Positions 38,262-50,529 of a stretch of DNA of 64,000 bases are shown in pieces. The notes under the pieces were generated by a model. That model was not told where the DNA came from. It saw only the letters and a list, made by a program, of their open reading frames with translations, and searched no databases. Origin of the DNA: Hypanus sabinus (Eukaryota); assembly GCF_030144855.1 (NCBI RefSeq), contig NC_082711.1, positions 118,420,001 to 118,484,000 on the forward strand, written 5' to 3'. Position numbers and translations under genes: made by a program. The stretch's first letter is position 1. Every line of letters starts with the position of its first letter.

Positions 38262-39165
38262 CTACATGTTTCTGGTGTATTTGAATGGCCTCCCCAAGGC
38301 TTTTGTTGCTTCAATAGTCTTTTCATCTGGGCCGTGTGGGAGGTGTAATTTTACATGCTGCTTGGCTGCTTTATCAGCTGCCACATTGCCCCATGTTACG
38401 GGATCTGTGGTACCAGTGTGGGCACCGTACTTGATTGTTGCTGAACTATTTCGCAGCTGCACCGCCTGTAGCAGGTTCACCATCACACTGGCGTGTTGTA
38501 TAGGCTTCCCAGATGAAGTAATAAATCCCCTATTTTCCACAGGGTCCCAAAGTCATCTACTACCCCACAGGCTTAACGAGAGTCAATATAGATATTGGCG
38601 GTCTTCCCGGCAGCGAAGATACAAGCCCAGGTTAACGCACAGAGCTCACCTGCCTCAGCAGATGTGCCTAGAGGGAGGACTGATGTTACTATCTCCACTA
38701 CATTCAGGCAATCATGGGGTTGGGAGGACCAGGGAGAAGCATTAAAGTGGAGGGATTTAGGGCTGGTGTTCTGTGAAAAGAGAGGTTAGGTTTACATAGC
38801 AACATCACCTCTTAGCCGGTTCGGCGAGGTACGGTCAAATGCTGTGTTGTTGTTGAGTTGAGGAGCGGCAGCTCTGAGTGGGGAGTGAGAACGGTGCAGC
38901 CATGATCCAAGACCAATGGCGTGGCCTTTCCCACCATAATGACAGTGGTGGTGACCACAGCACAGAGGCAGCAAGGACCTCAGGGGGCAGAAGGGTCAAA
39001 TAGTTGGCTACAGACCATCGAAGTCCACTGTGTTCTTGGGTCAAGACAGCACTAGCAAACCCCTCCATTCATTCTCAAATTTCAACAAATAATTGTTTCT
39101 GTGCATGGAAAAAGCCAGAGTTCAAATAAACTTCGGCAACTAGTCTCTCCAGACCAAAACCTATG
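38262..39165 (-). mobile_element. pol: Endogenous retrovirus pol relic (tether/connection plus RNase H), class I (gamma/epsilon)-like
   Basis: Manual translation across frameshifts gives GFASAVLTQEH...PLVLDHGCTVLTP...TQHLT..R.TG*EVMLL..PNL...LNPSTLM..PHDC...TSAEAGELCALTWACI..GKTANIYIDSR*ACGVVDDFGTLW..RGFITSSGKPIQH..LLQAVQL..AHTG..DPVTWGNVAADKAAK. Confidence 0.88.
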
Positions 39166-40529
39166 GCCCCACCAAAGAACTTACAAATAGGAGTAATGCC
39201 ATCTGGCCCATTGAACCCGCTCTGGCATTCAATAAGATGATAGTTGATCTGTCCATGGACTCATCTCCACCTACCTGCCTTTTCCCCATATCCCTTAAAT
39301 TCCCCTACTACACAAAATTCTATCGAAACTTGTCTTAGATATGTTTACTGAGATAGGCTCCACTGCTTCTTTGGGCAGAGAATTCCACAGATTCACCACT
39401 CTTTGGAAAAGCAGTTCCTCCTTATCTCCGTACTAAATGTAATGCCACAAATCTTGAGGCTATGTCCCCTAGTTCTAGTCTCATCTGCAAGTGAAAACCA
39501 CATTCTTGCCTCAATCTTATCTATCCCTTTCATAATTTTATCTGTTTCTATAAGATCTCATCTCATTCTTCTGAATTCCAGTGAGTACAGTATAAGGAGA
39601 CTCGATCTCTCCTCATAGTCTAACCCCTCATCTCTGGAATCAACCTCGTGAACCTCCTTTGCACCGCCTCCAAAGCCAGTATACCCTTCCTCAAATAAGC
39701 AGACCAGGACTAGACTCAGTACTCCAGGTGTGGCCTCACCAGTAACCTGTACAGTTGCAGCCTCTTGAATTTAATCCCTTCAGTAATAAAGGCAAACATT
39801 CTATTGGCCTTCTTGATAGTCTGCTGCACTTGCAACTCAACCTTTTGTGATTCATGCACAAGCACTCTCAAGTCCCTCTGCACAGCAGAATGCTGCAATT
39901 TTTTACCATTTCTTTACCATTTAATAATCTGCTCTTCCATGTCTTCCTTCCAAAGTGAATGACCTCACAGTTACCAACATTGTATTCCATCTGCCACCCC
40001 CTTGCCCACTCACTTAACCTATCTATGTCTCTCTGCAGACTCTCTGTATCTCCAGCACAATTTGCTTTTTCACTGAATTTAGTATCATCAGCAAACTCAG
40101 ATACACTACACGCGGTCCCCTCTTCCAGATCATTAACGTAGATCATGAACAGTTGCGGGCAACTGGATCTTCTGGTCTTTCATGTGGCACCTTATCGAAC
40201 ACCTTCTGGAAATACAAATAAATAACATCCATCTGATCCCCTCTATCCACAGCGCTCATTATATCCTCAAAGAACTCCAATAAGTTTGTCAAGCAGGATC
40301 AGTATTGGCTGAATCCATCCTGTGTCTGCCTCATGGATCCATTTCTTTCCAGATGCCTGACTATTTCTTATTTAATGATAGCTTCAAGCTTTTCCCAACT
40401 ACAGATGTTAAACTAACTGGCCTACAGTTACCTGCCTTTTGCTTAAATCCTTTTTTGAACAGTGGTGTGGCATTTGCCACCTTCCAATCTGACTGGAGCT
40501 GCCCAGAGTCTAGAGAATTTTGGTAAATT

Positions 40530-42012
40530 ATAACCATATAACAATTACAGCACAGAAACAGGTCATCTTGGCCCTTCTGGTCCGTGCTGAACACTTACTC
40601 TCACCTAAACCCACTGAACTGCACTCAGCCCATAACCCTCCATTCCTTTCCTGTCCATATACTTATCCAATTTTTTTTAAATGACAGTATCGAACCTGCC
40701 TCTACCACTTCTACTAGAAGTTTGTTCCACACAGCTACCACTCTCTGAGAAAAGAAGTTTCCCCTCGTGTTACCCCTAAACTTTTGCCCCCTAACTCTCA
40801 ACTCATGTCCTCTTGTTTGAATCTCCCTTACTCTCAATGGAAAAAGCCTATCCACGTCAACTCTATCCTCCTCATAATTTTAAATATCTCTATCAAGTCC
40901 CCCCTCAATCTTCTACGCTCCAAAGAATAAAGACCTAACTTGTTCAACCTTTCTCTGTAACTTAGGTACTGAAACCCAGTAATGTTCTAGTAAATCTTCT
41001 CTGCACTCTCTCTATTTTGTTGACATCTTTCCTATAATTCGGTGACCAAAACTGTACACAATACTCCAAATTTGGCCTCACCAATGCCTTGCACAATTTT
41101 AACATTACATCCCAACTCCTACACTGAATGCTCTGATTTATAAAGGCCAGCATACAAAAAGCTTTCTTCACCACCCTATCCACATGAGTTTCCACCCTCA
41201 GGGAACTATGCACCATTATTCCTGGATCACTCTGTTCTACAGCATTCCTCAATGCCCTACCACTTACCATGAATGTCCTATTCTGATTAGTCCTACCAAA
41301 ATGTAGCACCTCACACTTATCAGCATTAAACTCCATCTACCATCTTTCAGCCTACTCTTCTAACTGGACTAAATCTCTCTGTAAGCTTTGAAAACATACT
41401 TCATTATCCACAATGCCACCTATCTTAGTACCATCTGCATACTTACTAATCCAATTTGCCACCCCATCATCCAGATCATTAATGTATATGACAAACAACA
41501 TTGGACCCAGTACAGATCCCTGAGGCACACCACTCGTCACTGGCTTCCAACTTAACTAACAGTTATCCACCACTACTGTCTGGCATCTCCCATCTAGCCA
41601 CTGTTGAATCCATTTTACTACTTCAATATTAATACCTAACAATTGAACCTTCCTAACTAACCTTCCATGCAGAACCTTGTCAAAGGCCTTACTGAAGTCC
41701 ATATAGACAACATCCATTGCTTTACTCTCATCGACTTTACTAGTAACTTCGTCAAAAAATTCAGTAAGATTTGTCAAACATGACCTTCCTCTCACAAATC
41801 CATGTTCCTAATCAGACCCTGTCTATCCAGATAATTATATATACCATCTCTAAGAATACTTTCCAGTAATTTACCCACCATTGATGTCAAACTTACAGGC
41901 GATTATTGCTAGGTTTACTCTTAGAACCCTTTTTAAACAATGGAACCACATGAGCAATACACCAATTTTCCGGCACCATCCCTGTTTCTAATGACATTTG
42001 AAATATTTCTGT
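40530..42012 (-). mobile_element. CR1 LINE (RT to 3' end), nested
   Basis: Has its own 3' tail at ~40530. RT motifs [20 protein letters not shown] and [11 protein letters not shown]. Confidence 0.9.
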
Positions 42013-42371
42013 CTTCTATAACTTCTAACTTCCATAACTTTTTCTATGATCATCTTCTGTAACTTCTGCCATTTCTTTCAGCACCCTGGGATACAGTCCA
42101 TCAAGACCGAGGACTTGTCTATCTTCAGGCCCACCTTCAGACCAAGTTTGCTCAGCACTACCTCTTTAGTGACAGCTATTGTATTGAGGTCCTCACCTCC
42201 CATTGCATCCATAACATCTCTCATTGGCATGTTAGGCATGTCCTCCATCATGAGGATGGAGTTATTCAAAGACTCTGCCATTTCCTCATTACCCAAAATC
42301 AATTCCCCCTTCTTGTCCTTCAAGGGACCAACGTTCACTATAGCCACCCTTTTCTGCTTTATATAATAATA

Positions 42372-43592
42372 CTGGTGGCCCATTTTCCAAACGTTCACTT
42401 TACGACAGCTTGCTGTTACGAAAGACCCACATTAATTATCTGGTTTCGCTAGCCGAAGAGTGTTTTCACTGTTACAAAAAAAAGGCAGCGCGCACCCCGA
42501 GCAGCCAAACTCCTCCCCCGGAACAACATTCTAGCTGCCATAGCTTAAACACGTGTCTGTGAGCATGTGTGCTTTATCTCGATTCATTTTGCGCATCCGT
42601 TAACAAGATGAGTTCTAAGGTATCGGAAAAGCCTAAGAGAGCTCGTAAGGATGTTATACTTAGCGCAAAACGGACTTAATTAAGCACTTCGATCATGGTC
42701 AACGAAGTAAGGGCATTGTCCATGCGTTGAACTTGCCTGTGTCCACCATTCGCACTATTTACACACAGAGAGAAAGAATCTTGAAAGCTGCCAATGTTAC
42801 TGTTGGTTCTGCTTGTAGCAGAGTGGTCTCTATTAGTCAGCATCCAATAATGGATAAAATGGAAAGTCTATTGCTTGAGTGGATTGATGTATGTACAAAG
42901 TGTGGTGTTTCTTTATCTTATACTTAAGGAGAAATCAGTCAATCTGTTTAATAAGCTGAAACAGAAAGCACTCGACGATGGTGATGAAAGGTAGTCATGG
43001 GTGGTTTGATCGGTTTCTGAGGTGAGGGCAGCTTCATAGTTTAACGTTTACTGGACAATGCGCTTCAGCTGATACTGAAGTTGTTGAAAAGTTCCCAGCA
43101 GAAGCGAAGAAAATAATTACAGAAGGTGATTATTCATATAAGCAAGTGTTTAACTGTGATGAAACTGCAATTTATTGGAAAAAAATTTTCCCACATGAAT
43201 TAAATATTTTTGTGAAAATGGAATTTAAAGATAGTCATGGGTGCTTTGATCAGATTTTGAGGAGACAGCAGCTTCATAGCGTAAAGGTTACTGGAGAGAG
43301 CACTTCTACTGAGAGAGTTTGTGTGAGATTTTCACTACGCTTGACCGTACTGCAATGGTTGCAGAAAAGTATTGCTACTTTATATATAGGCTGTATATTT
43401 ATCATATTATTCCTGCCTTTACTATATGTTAGTGTTATTTGGTATGATTTGGTATGTTATTTTTTTGGATCTGGGAACAGTCACAAATTTTTCCCATACA
43501 AATTATTGGTAATTGCTTCTTCACTTTACCACATTCCAGCTTACGAACCAATTCACAGGAACACTCTACTTTCGGATAGCAGGGGAAACCTG
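42372..43592 (+). mobile_element. Tigger/pogo DNA transposon, internally deleted
   Basis: CENP-B-like N-terminus (LPVSTIRTI...MDKMESLLLEWI) and DDE motif FNCDETAIYWKK. TA on both sides (42370-71, 43593-94) with weakly inverted ends. Confidence 0.85.
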
Positions 43593-43607
43593 TAAAAACT
43601 TTTACTA

Positions 43608-43819
43608 GGCAACACGAGTGAATCTGCAGATGCTGGAAATAAATAAAAACACAAAATGCTGGCAGAACTCAACAGGCCAGACAGCATCTATGGGAGGAGG
43701 TAGTGATGACTTTTCGGGCCGAAACCCTTCATCAGGAGGGTATTGGCCCGAAATATGGCCACTACCTCCTCCCATAGATGCTGTCTGGCCTGCTGAGTTC
43801 TGCCAACATTTTGTGTTTT
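43608..43819. mobile_element. 212-bp Penelope-derived hairpin element with a hammerhead core
   Basis: Perfect 15-bp TSD taaaaacttttacta (43593-43607; 43820-43834). 61-bp inverted arms (43645-43705; 43760-43820) with 2 mismatches. The minus-strand loop reads cCTGATGAaGGGtttcggCCCGAAAagtc. Confidence 0.92.
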
Positions 43820-44469
43820 TAAAAACTTTTACTATCCTTTCTTATATTTTGTGCTAGTTTATTTCCATAATCTATCTTCCCTTCCTTTTTACTTGCTTAG
43901 TGGTTTTTTGTTGCTTTTTAAAGTTTTCCCTATCTTCCAGTTTCCCACTACTCTTGGTGACATTATATGCACAAGCTTTTAGTTCTTTTATTTCCTTAGT
44001 TGCTGTCTGTCCTCACCCTTACTGTCCTTGCTTTTAACTGGAATATACCTTTTTCTGAGCACTGTGAAAAATGTCTGAAAGTCTTCCACTGCTCCTCAAC
44101 TGTCCCACCATATAGCCTGTGTTCCCAGTCTACACTAGCCAAATCCTCCCTCATCCCATTGTAGGCGTAATACTCTGGTTTTAGATCAAACTATTGCACT
44201 CTCCATTTCTATGAGAAACTCAATCATTCTGTGATCACTCTTTCTAAGAGGATTCCTAGCAACAAGATCACTAATTTTATCTGTCTCATTGCACAGGACC
44301 AGATCTAAGATAACACATTCCCCTGTAGGTTCAGTGACATGTTGTTCAAGAAAGCCATCACCGATGCATTCCTCCTCAAGAGTGCCTTGACCAACCTGAT
44401 TCACCCAATCTATGTGTAAATTAAAGTCCTCCAAGTTAATTGCTGTTCCAATCTTACATGCCTCAGATA

Positions 44470-44990
44470 TTTCAGTTCAGTTCAGTTTCTGTTTATTGTC
44501 ATTTAGAAACCACAGGGTCAATGCAGTTAAAAAATGAGACAATGTTCCTCCAGAATGATATCACAAAAGCACACTACAAAAAAACACTACCAGAAAATCC
44601 ACATAACATTTGGCAATCCCCAAATCCAGAGTCCGGAGAGGCTGCTGCATATTAATATCATGCTACTGTCTTAGCACGTTCCCCGGAAAGGAGCTCCAAA
44701 ATCCACCAGACAAAACAAGACTACCCAGACACACTAAGTCAGGAGACCAACTCTACCACCCAACAAACCAAAAACTAAAGCTACAAGACCTCCACAAAAC
44801 CACATAGTTACAACAGTGCAAACAATAGAATAATTGATAAAAAAAAACAGACCATGGCACAGTAAAAATAGTCCAATGATGTTAAAAGACTATAAGTTCA
44901 AAAGAAACCACCGCACAGTTTCCACAAGTCCTTAGGGTCCCGATAGACTCATCAGCCCATGCAGGCGGCAGAAGGGAATACCCCCGCTCT
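44470..44990 (-). mobile_element. Unclassified non-autonomous retroelement, copy 2 (5'-truncated)
   Basis: Shares gtttattgtcatttagaaaccaca...gcagttaaaaaatgagacaatgttcctccagaatgatatcacaaaagca with 28825-28905. Confidence 0.75.
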
Positions 44991-46139
44991 CTCTGTTTCT
45001 CTGTTTATTGCCTAAGCCACTATAATATTATTCAGTGGCCGACAGACAACTACCACCGGTGATTTTATTCCCTTTACTTTCACGAGTAGCTTCAGATTCT
45101 TCTGCTTGGAGCTGAGTCTGATCTGCGCTAATGATACATTGCTAGGACACTGCCATAACCGTAAACTACTTGAAAGTGGTTAGCAGCTTGAGCAGGGTGG
45201 TATGATCATGAACAAGGCAGTTGCAAGGAACCGCTGACGAGGATTTGATCCAGAATAGCTATCAAGTTCTTGCAGCCTATGTAGATGCTAACAAAGACTG
45301 TGGCGAGGATAAGCTAAATGAAAACAGGTTCACACTGTCTATTCCAGCTCTGGGAGCAAAAACTGTGGGGCATAGAGGAAATATAGATCAGGGTATAAAC
45401 ACTACTCTCTATTCCAACCTGAAATGCGTGACCTGTTTCATTGAGTTATAAAAATGAGAAATGCTGGATGGCTGTAATGAAGACAGAAAGAGCTCATTAT
45501 GTCAGCATCCTTGGGGGGAGATTGAGAACAGCTTTTCTTCACACTGCAGCTTCTTCATCAGGACTGACTGGGAAAGACTGACTTCAGAATATGAACTACA
45601 AAAGGTTGTTTTCAGGTGACACATGTTATCAAATGGAATCTTGGCCTTCATTGTGAGAGGAACTGAGTTTAAGAGTAAAGCATTTTGCTGCAAATGTACG
45701 GGATACATGGAGTCCAAGAATCCAGATAAGAACTTAGAATTAAGAACTAAAGTAGCTTTATTAATTTTATTAACAGTGACAATGCAGACTTTGTGGCACT
45801 ACTGCATACCTGTCTTTTCTGGGCAAGCTCATGCAGTTCTCTCACACCAGTTGGACATGACATGTTAAACGCTCAACATTGCTTTTTCTCAGCATTATAA
45901 GGCAATCGTTCTACTTTGCTTTAAAAGTGTTGCAATGCATGAACACCCCCAGACGTGTCCTCCACTGTGAAGAATGACACAAGATAATCATTCAAAGCCT
46001 CTGTTGTTTTCTCATTCCCCAATATCAATTCATCTTTCTCATCCTCCAAGGGATTTACATTCACTTTAGCCAACCTTTTCCACTTTATATAATTTTAAAA
46101 ACTTTTACTATCCATTTTTATATTTTGTGTTAGTCTCCA

Positions 46140-46680
46140 TGTAGACAAGACAAAAGATGACTGTGGGCTTCAGGAAGGCTCCTGTCAACCACTCTCCATT
46201 GCACATCAGTGGCTCTGCTGTAGAGAGTCTGAAGAGTATGAAGTTTCTTGGTGCGCTCAGAATAAAAGCCACCGAGAGGTTCAGCTGGGTCTCCCTCCCC
46301 CTGTTTGTCACATTTACTGGGAGTGTTGATAAAAGAGCCCAAAGTATTGATGAGGACCCCTTCCACCCATCTCAAAATCGCCAACACCATCAGGAAGGAG
46401 GTACAGAAGCAACAGGACTGGGACTGACAGATCGGGAACAGATTCTTCCCTCAGGCTGGGAGACTAATGCCTCCCCTGTCAGCACCGAGGTCTCGTCACT
46501 CAGATAGTGAACAGCTTACTGGTCCTGCAGACTACATGTGCTCGGAATTACATTTTATTATTTGTGGTAATAACGTGATGTTTTATGTCTTGTGAGTGTG
46601 CCACACTCCAGAGGAATATTGTTTTATTTGGTTGTAAATAAAAACAGTCAGATGACAATAAACTTGAACTTGAGTTAGTA
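46140..46680 (+). mobile_element. Rex1/Babar-like LINE 3' fragment
   Basis: MTVGFRK...PLHISGSAVESLKSMKFLG; aggaaggaggtacagaagc; (aaacttg)n-like tail. Confidence 0.75.
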
Positions 46681-47090
46681 ATTGGCAGATAATGGAGGAA
46701 TCCTGAACCAGAGGGCATAGGTTTAATCTGAGGAGTAGAGGCATTCGAGGGGATCTCAGGAAAGCAAGTTTGCAACCTGAAACACAGTTCTCTCACAAGA
46801 TTTGAAAGTATCTGGTGAACACTCGAATAGTCAAAGCACAGAGGCTACGGAGCAGGTGTTTGGTGAATGGGTTTGGTACAGATGGTACTCGGTGAGCTGT
46901 ATGAACAGGAAGGGTGAAGGATGGGGTGGGCAAGTTACCCGATATACATGCTCTACCTACCCCACCCACACCTACCCTCACGAGGGTACTGCCTGGGCCA
47001 CAAGAGAAACCCATTGCAATATCTGCCCTCCCACCATCCCCACCCTGATTTAACACCCAAGCACTCGCGACTGTGGCTGTCGAACACGGA

Positions 47091-47213
47091 TCACATCCGT
47101 GGAGGATGGTTGTCTCCTGGTTCACAATGGTGGGTTATTTGAGGGGACCTAGGGGTCTTGACAGTGTCATACACGGTGGGAGGAATCTTCATCATCTCCT
47201 CTTGACTGTGAAC
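47091..47213 (-). CDS. Gene A terminal coding exon with ITSM TVYDTV
   Basis: Acceptor tttctctgcag|, phase 0. VHSQEEMMKIPPTVYDTVKTPRSPQITHHCEPGDNHPPRM*; ITSM at 47177-47160. Phase matches the 51267 donor. Confidence 0.8.
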   Translation of the reverse strand, partial: VHSQEEMMKIPPTVYDTVKTPRSPQITHHCEPGDNHPPRM

Positions 47214-47519
47214 CTGCAGAGAAAGCACAGATTTCAGAGACGAGATGCAATCCTGGACACGGGAAATGCAGGTGGGGGACAAGACCATTCTCTCATTCTG
47301 CAGATACCCTCATTCCTCAACATTAACTACCCCTTCACCAATCTTTATATTATCCACAAACTTTACCACAAAGCCATCAGTTTTATGATGAAATTCATTG
47401 ACATATAACATGAAAAGTCCCCAACACCAACCCCTGTTGAACACCACCGGTCACCGGCAGACAACCAGACAAATTCCCCTTTACTCCCACTCCTGCCAAT
47501 CAGACAATCGTCTGTCCAT

Positions 47520-48090
47520 ATCGAGAAAATCTGTAATTGTTGGAAATCCAAGCAACACCCGCTGAATACTGAAGAGCAGGCCAGGCCAGGCAGCATCAAT
47601 GGAAATAGTCTCAGACTGACCCTTCATCAGGACTGGAAAACAGATGAGAAGTCAGAGACAGAAGGTGGGGTGAGGGGTGGGGAGGAAAAAGTACAAGGTG
47701 GTAAGTGATGGGTGAAACCGGGAGACGGGGAGGGGTGAAGTAAAGAGCTGGGAAGTTGATCAGTGAAAGAAATAAAGTTCTGGGAAGGGGGAATCTGATA
47801 TGAGAGGCAAGAAGACCATGGAAGAAAGGGTAGGGAGGGGCACCAGAGGGAGGTGAAGGGCAGGTAAGGAGATAAAGTGAAAGAGGGAATTGTGAACGGG
47901 GGAGACATTACCGAAACTTTGAGAAATCCATGTTCATGCCATCAGGTTGCAGGCTACCCAGATAGAATACAAGGTGTTGCTCCTCCAACCTGAGTGTGAC
48001 CTCAGTGCTGAAGCAGAGGGTGTTGTGGACTGACATGTCAGAATGGGAATGGGAAGTAGAAATGACATGGGGGCCACTGGAAGATCCTGC
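47520..48090 (-). mobile_element. Penelope 3' fragment (GIY-YIG C-terminus plus terminal repeat)
   Basis: Reverse complement resembles 2370-2900 (LEEQHL..YLGSLQPDGMN). A partial hammerhead lies at ~47606-47634. Confidence 0.85.
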
Positions 48091-48261
48091 TCTACCCCAG
48101 CCAGCTCTCTCTTATACCTCTGTAATACCCATTGTACTACTAATAAATCTCACTTCAGCTTCTCCCTCTCAAACTGCAGTAGGGAAATATTTTATATCAT
48201 CATCACTGCCTTCTACAGATCCTTTACCTCAAGCTCCCTGATGAAATCTGATCAAATAGCA

Positions 48262-49720
48262 GTGACTGGGTGTGAGGGTGTAATCTACCCCAGTGACTGG
48301 GTCTGAGAATGTAATCTACCCCAGTGACCAGGTGTGAGAATGTAATCTACCCCAGTGACCGGGTGTGAGAATGTAATCTACCCCAGTGACTGGGTGTGAG
48401 GGTGTAATCTACCCCAGTGACTGGGTGTGAGGGTGTAATCTACCCCAGTGACTGGGTGTGAGGGTGTAATCTACCCCAGTGACCAGGTGTGAGGGTGTAA
48501 TCTACTCCAGTGACCAGGTGTGAGGGTATAATCTACCCCAGTGACTGGGTGTGAGGGTGTAATCTACCCCAGTGACCAGGTGTGAGGGTGTAATCTACTC
48601 CAGTGACCAGGTGTGAGGGTGTAAAATACCCCAGTGACTGGGTGTGAGAATGTAATCTACCCCAGTGACTGGGTGTGAGGGTGTAATCTACCCCAGTGAC
48701 CGGGTGTGAGGGTGTAATCTACTCCAGTGACCAGGTGTGAGGGTGTAAACTACCCCAGTGACTGGGTGTGAGAATGTAATCTACCCCAGTGACTGGATGT
48801 GAGGGTGTAATCTACCCCAGTGACTGGGTGTGAGAATGTAATCTACCCCAGTGACCGGGTGTGAGAATGTAATCTACCCCAGTGACTGGGTGTGAGAATG
48901 TAATCTACCCCAGTGACCGGGTGTGAGAATGTAATCTACCTCAGTGACTGGGTGTGAGGGTATAATCTACCCCAGTGACTGGGTGTGAGAATGTAATCTA
49001 CCTCAGTGACTGGGTGTGAGGGTTTAATCTACCCCAGTGACTGGGTGTGAGAATGTAATATACCCCAGTGACCGGGTGTGAGAGTGTAATCTACTCCAGT
49101 GACCGGGTGTGAGAGTGTAATCTACCCCAGTGACCGGGTGTGAGGGTGTAATCTACCCAGGTGACCGGGTGTGATCTACCCCAGTGACTGTGTGTGAGGG
49201 TGTAATCTACCCCAGTGACTGGGTGTGAGGGTATAATCTACCCCAGTGACTGGGTGTGAGGGTGTAATCTACCCCAGTGACCGGGTGTGAGGGTATAATC
49301 TACCCCAGTGACTGGGTGTGAGAAGTTAATCTACCCCAGTGACCGGGTGTGAGGGTGTAATCTACCCCAGTGACTGGGTGTGAGGGTATAATTTACGCCA
49401 GTGACCGGGTGTGAGAATGTAATCTACCCCAGTGACTGGGTGTGAGAATGTAATCTACCCCAGTGACCGGGTGTGAGGGTATAATCTACCCCAGTGACTG
49501 GGTGTGAGAATGTAATCTACCCAGTGACTGGGTGTGAGGGTGTAATCTACCCCAGTGACTGGGTGTGAGGGTGTAATCTACCCCAGTGTCTGGGTGTGAG
49601 AGTATAATCTACCCCAGTGACTGGGTGCGAGGGTGTAATCTACCCCAGTGACCGGGTGTGAGGGTATAATCTACCCCAGTGACTGGATGTGAGGGTGTAA
49701 TCTACCCCAGTGACTGGGTG
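48262..49720. repeat. 31-bp minisatellite, about 47 copies
   Basis: Unit aatctaccccagtgactgggtgtgagggtgt with a few recurring variants (gacc/gact; ggtgt/aatgt/ggtat). Confidence 0.98.
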
Positions 49721-50462
49721 TGTGGGGATAGTGCAGCCCGGTGAATGGGTGTTTGGGGGAGTGTATCCAGTGAGTGCATGTGTCGGGTCAGTGTACCCCA
49801 GTGATTTAGTGCTGGAGAGGACAGTGCACTCCAGTGAATGGATGCAGGGGGGCAGAGTACCCCAGTGATTGGGTGCGGAGGGCAGTGTACCCCAGTGAAT
49901 GGGTGCGGAGGGCAGTGTACCCCAGTGAATGGGTGCGGGGGACAGTGTACCCCAGTGACCGTGTGCATGGAGGGGGAGAGTGTACTCCAGTGACCACGTG
50001 TGTGTGGGGGGGGGAACAGCGTAACCAAATGACCAGGTGTGTGAGGTGGGAGAGGCCAGTGTACCCCAGTCACTCAGTGTTTGGATGGAGACAATGTATC
50101 CCAGCGACTGGGTGTGTGTGTGTGTGTGTGTGTGTGGGAGGGACAGTGTACCCCAGTAACCGGGTGTGGAGGTGGGGATGTGTATCCCAGTGACCGTGTG
50201 TGTTTGGGCGGGGAGGACTGTGTACCCCAGTGACTGGGTGTCTGGAGGGGAAATGACAATGTACCCCAGTGACCAGGTGAGGGGTATATGATCGGACAGT
50301 GTACCCCAGTGACCGGTGAGTGTGGGAGGTCAGTGTGCCCCAGTGACAGTGTGTAGGTTGGAGGTTTGGGTGACAGTGTACCCCAGTGACCAGGAGTGTG
50401 TGCGCAGGGGGGTTGATAGTGTACTCCAGTGACTGAGTGTGGACAGAGGGGGACAGTGTACC

Positions 50463-50529
<67 letters not shown>

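Larger units (their letters stand above)
39175..44470 (-). mobile_element. CR1 LINE split by nested CR1, Tigger and Penelope-hairpin insertions
   Basis: Collinear pieces: 3' end and RT (39175-40529), RT N-terminal part (42040-42370), linker and EN (43820-44470; MEDFNLHIDW). Confidence 0.85.

Noticed and set aside
46554-46628. Gene A polyadenylation signals (AATAAA on the minus strand)
   Set aside because: They lie within an AT-rich LINE tail about 500 bp past the stop. Plausible but unsupported without 3'-end data.
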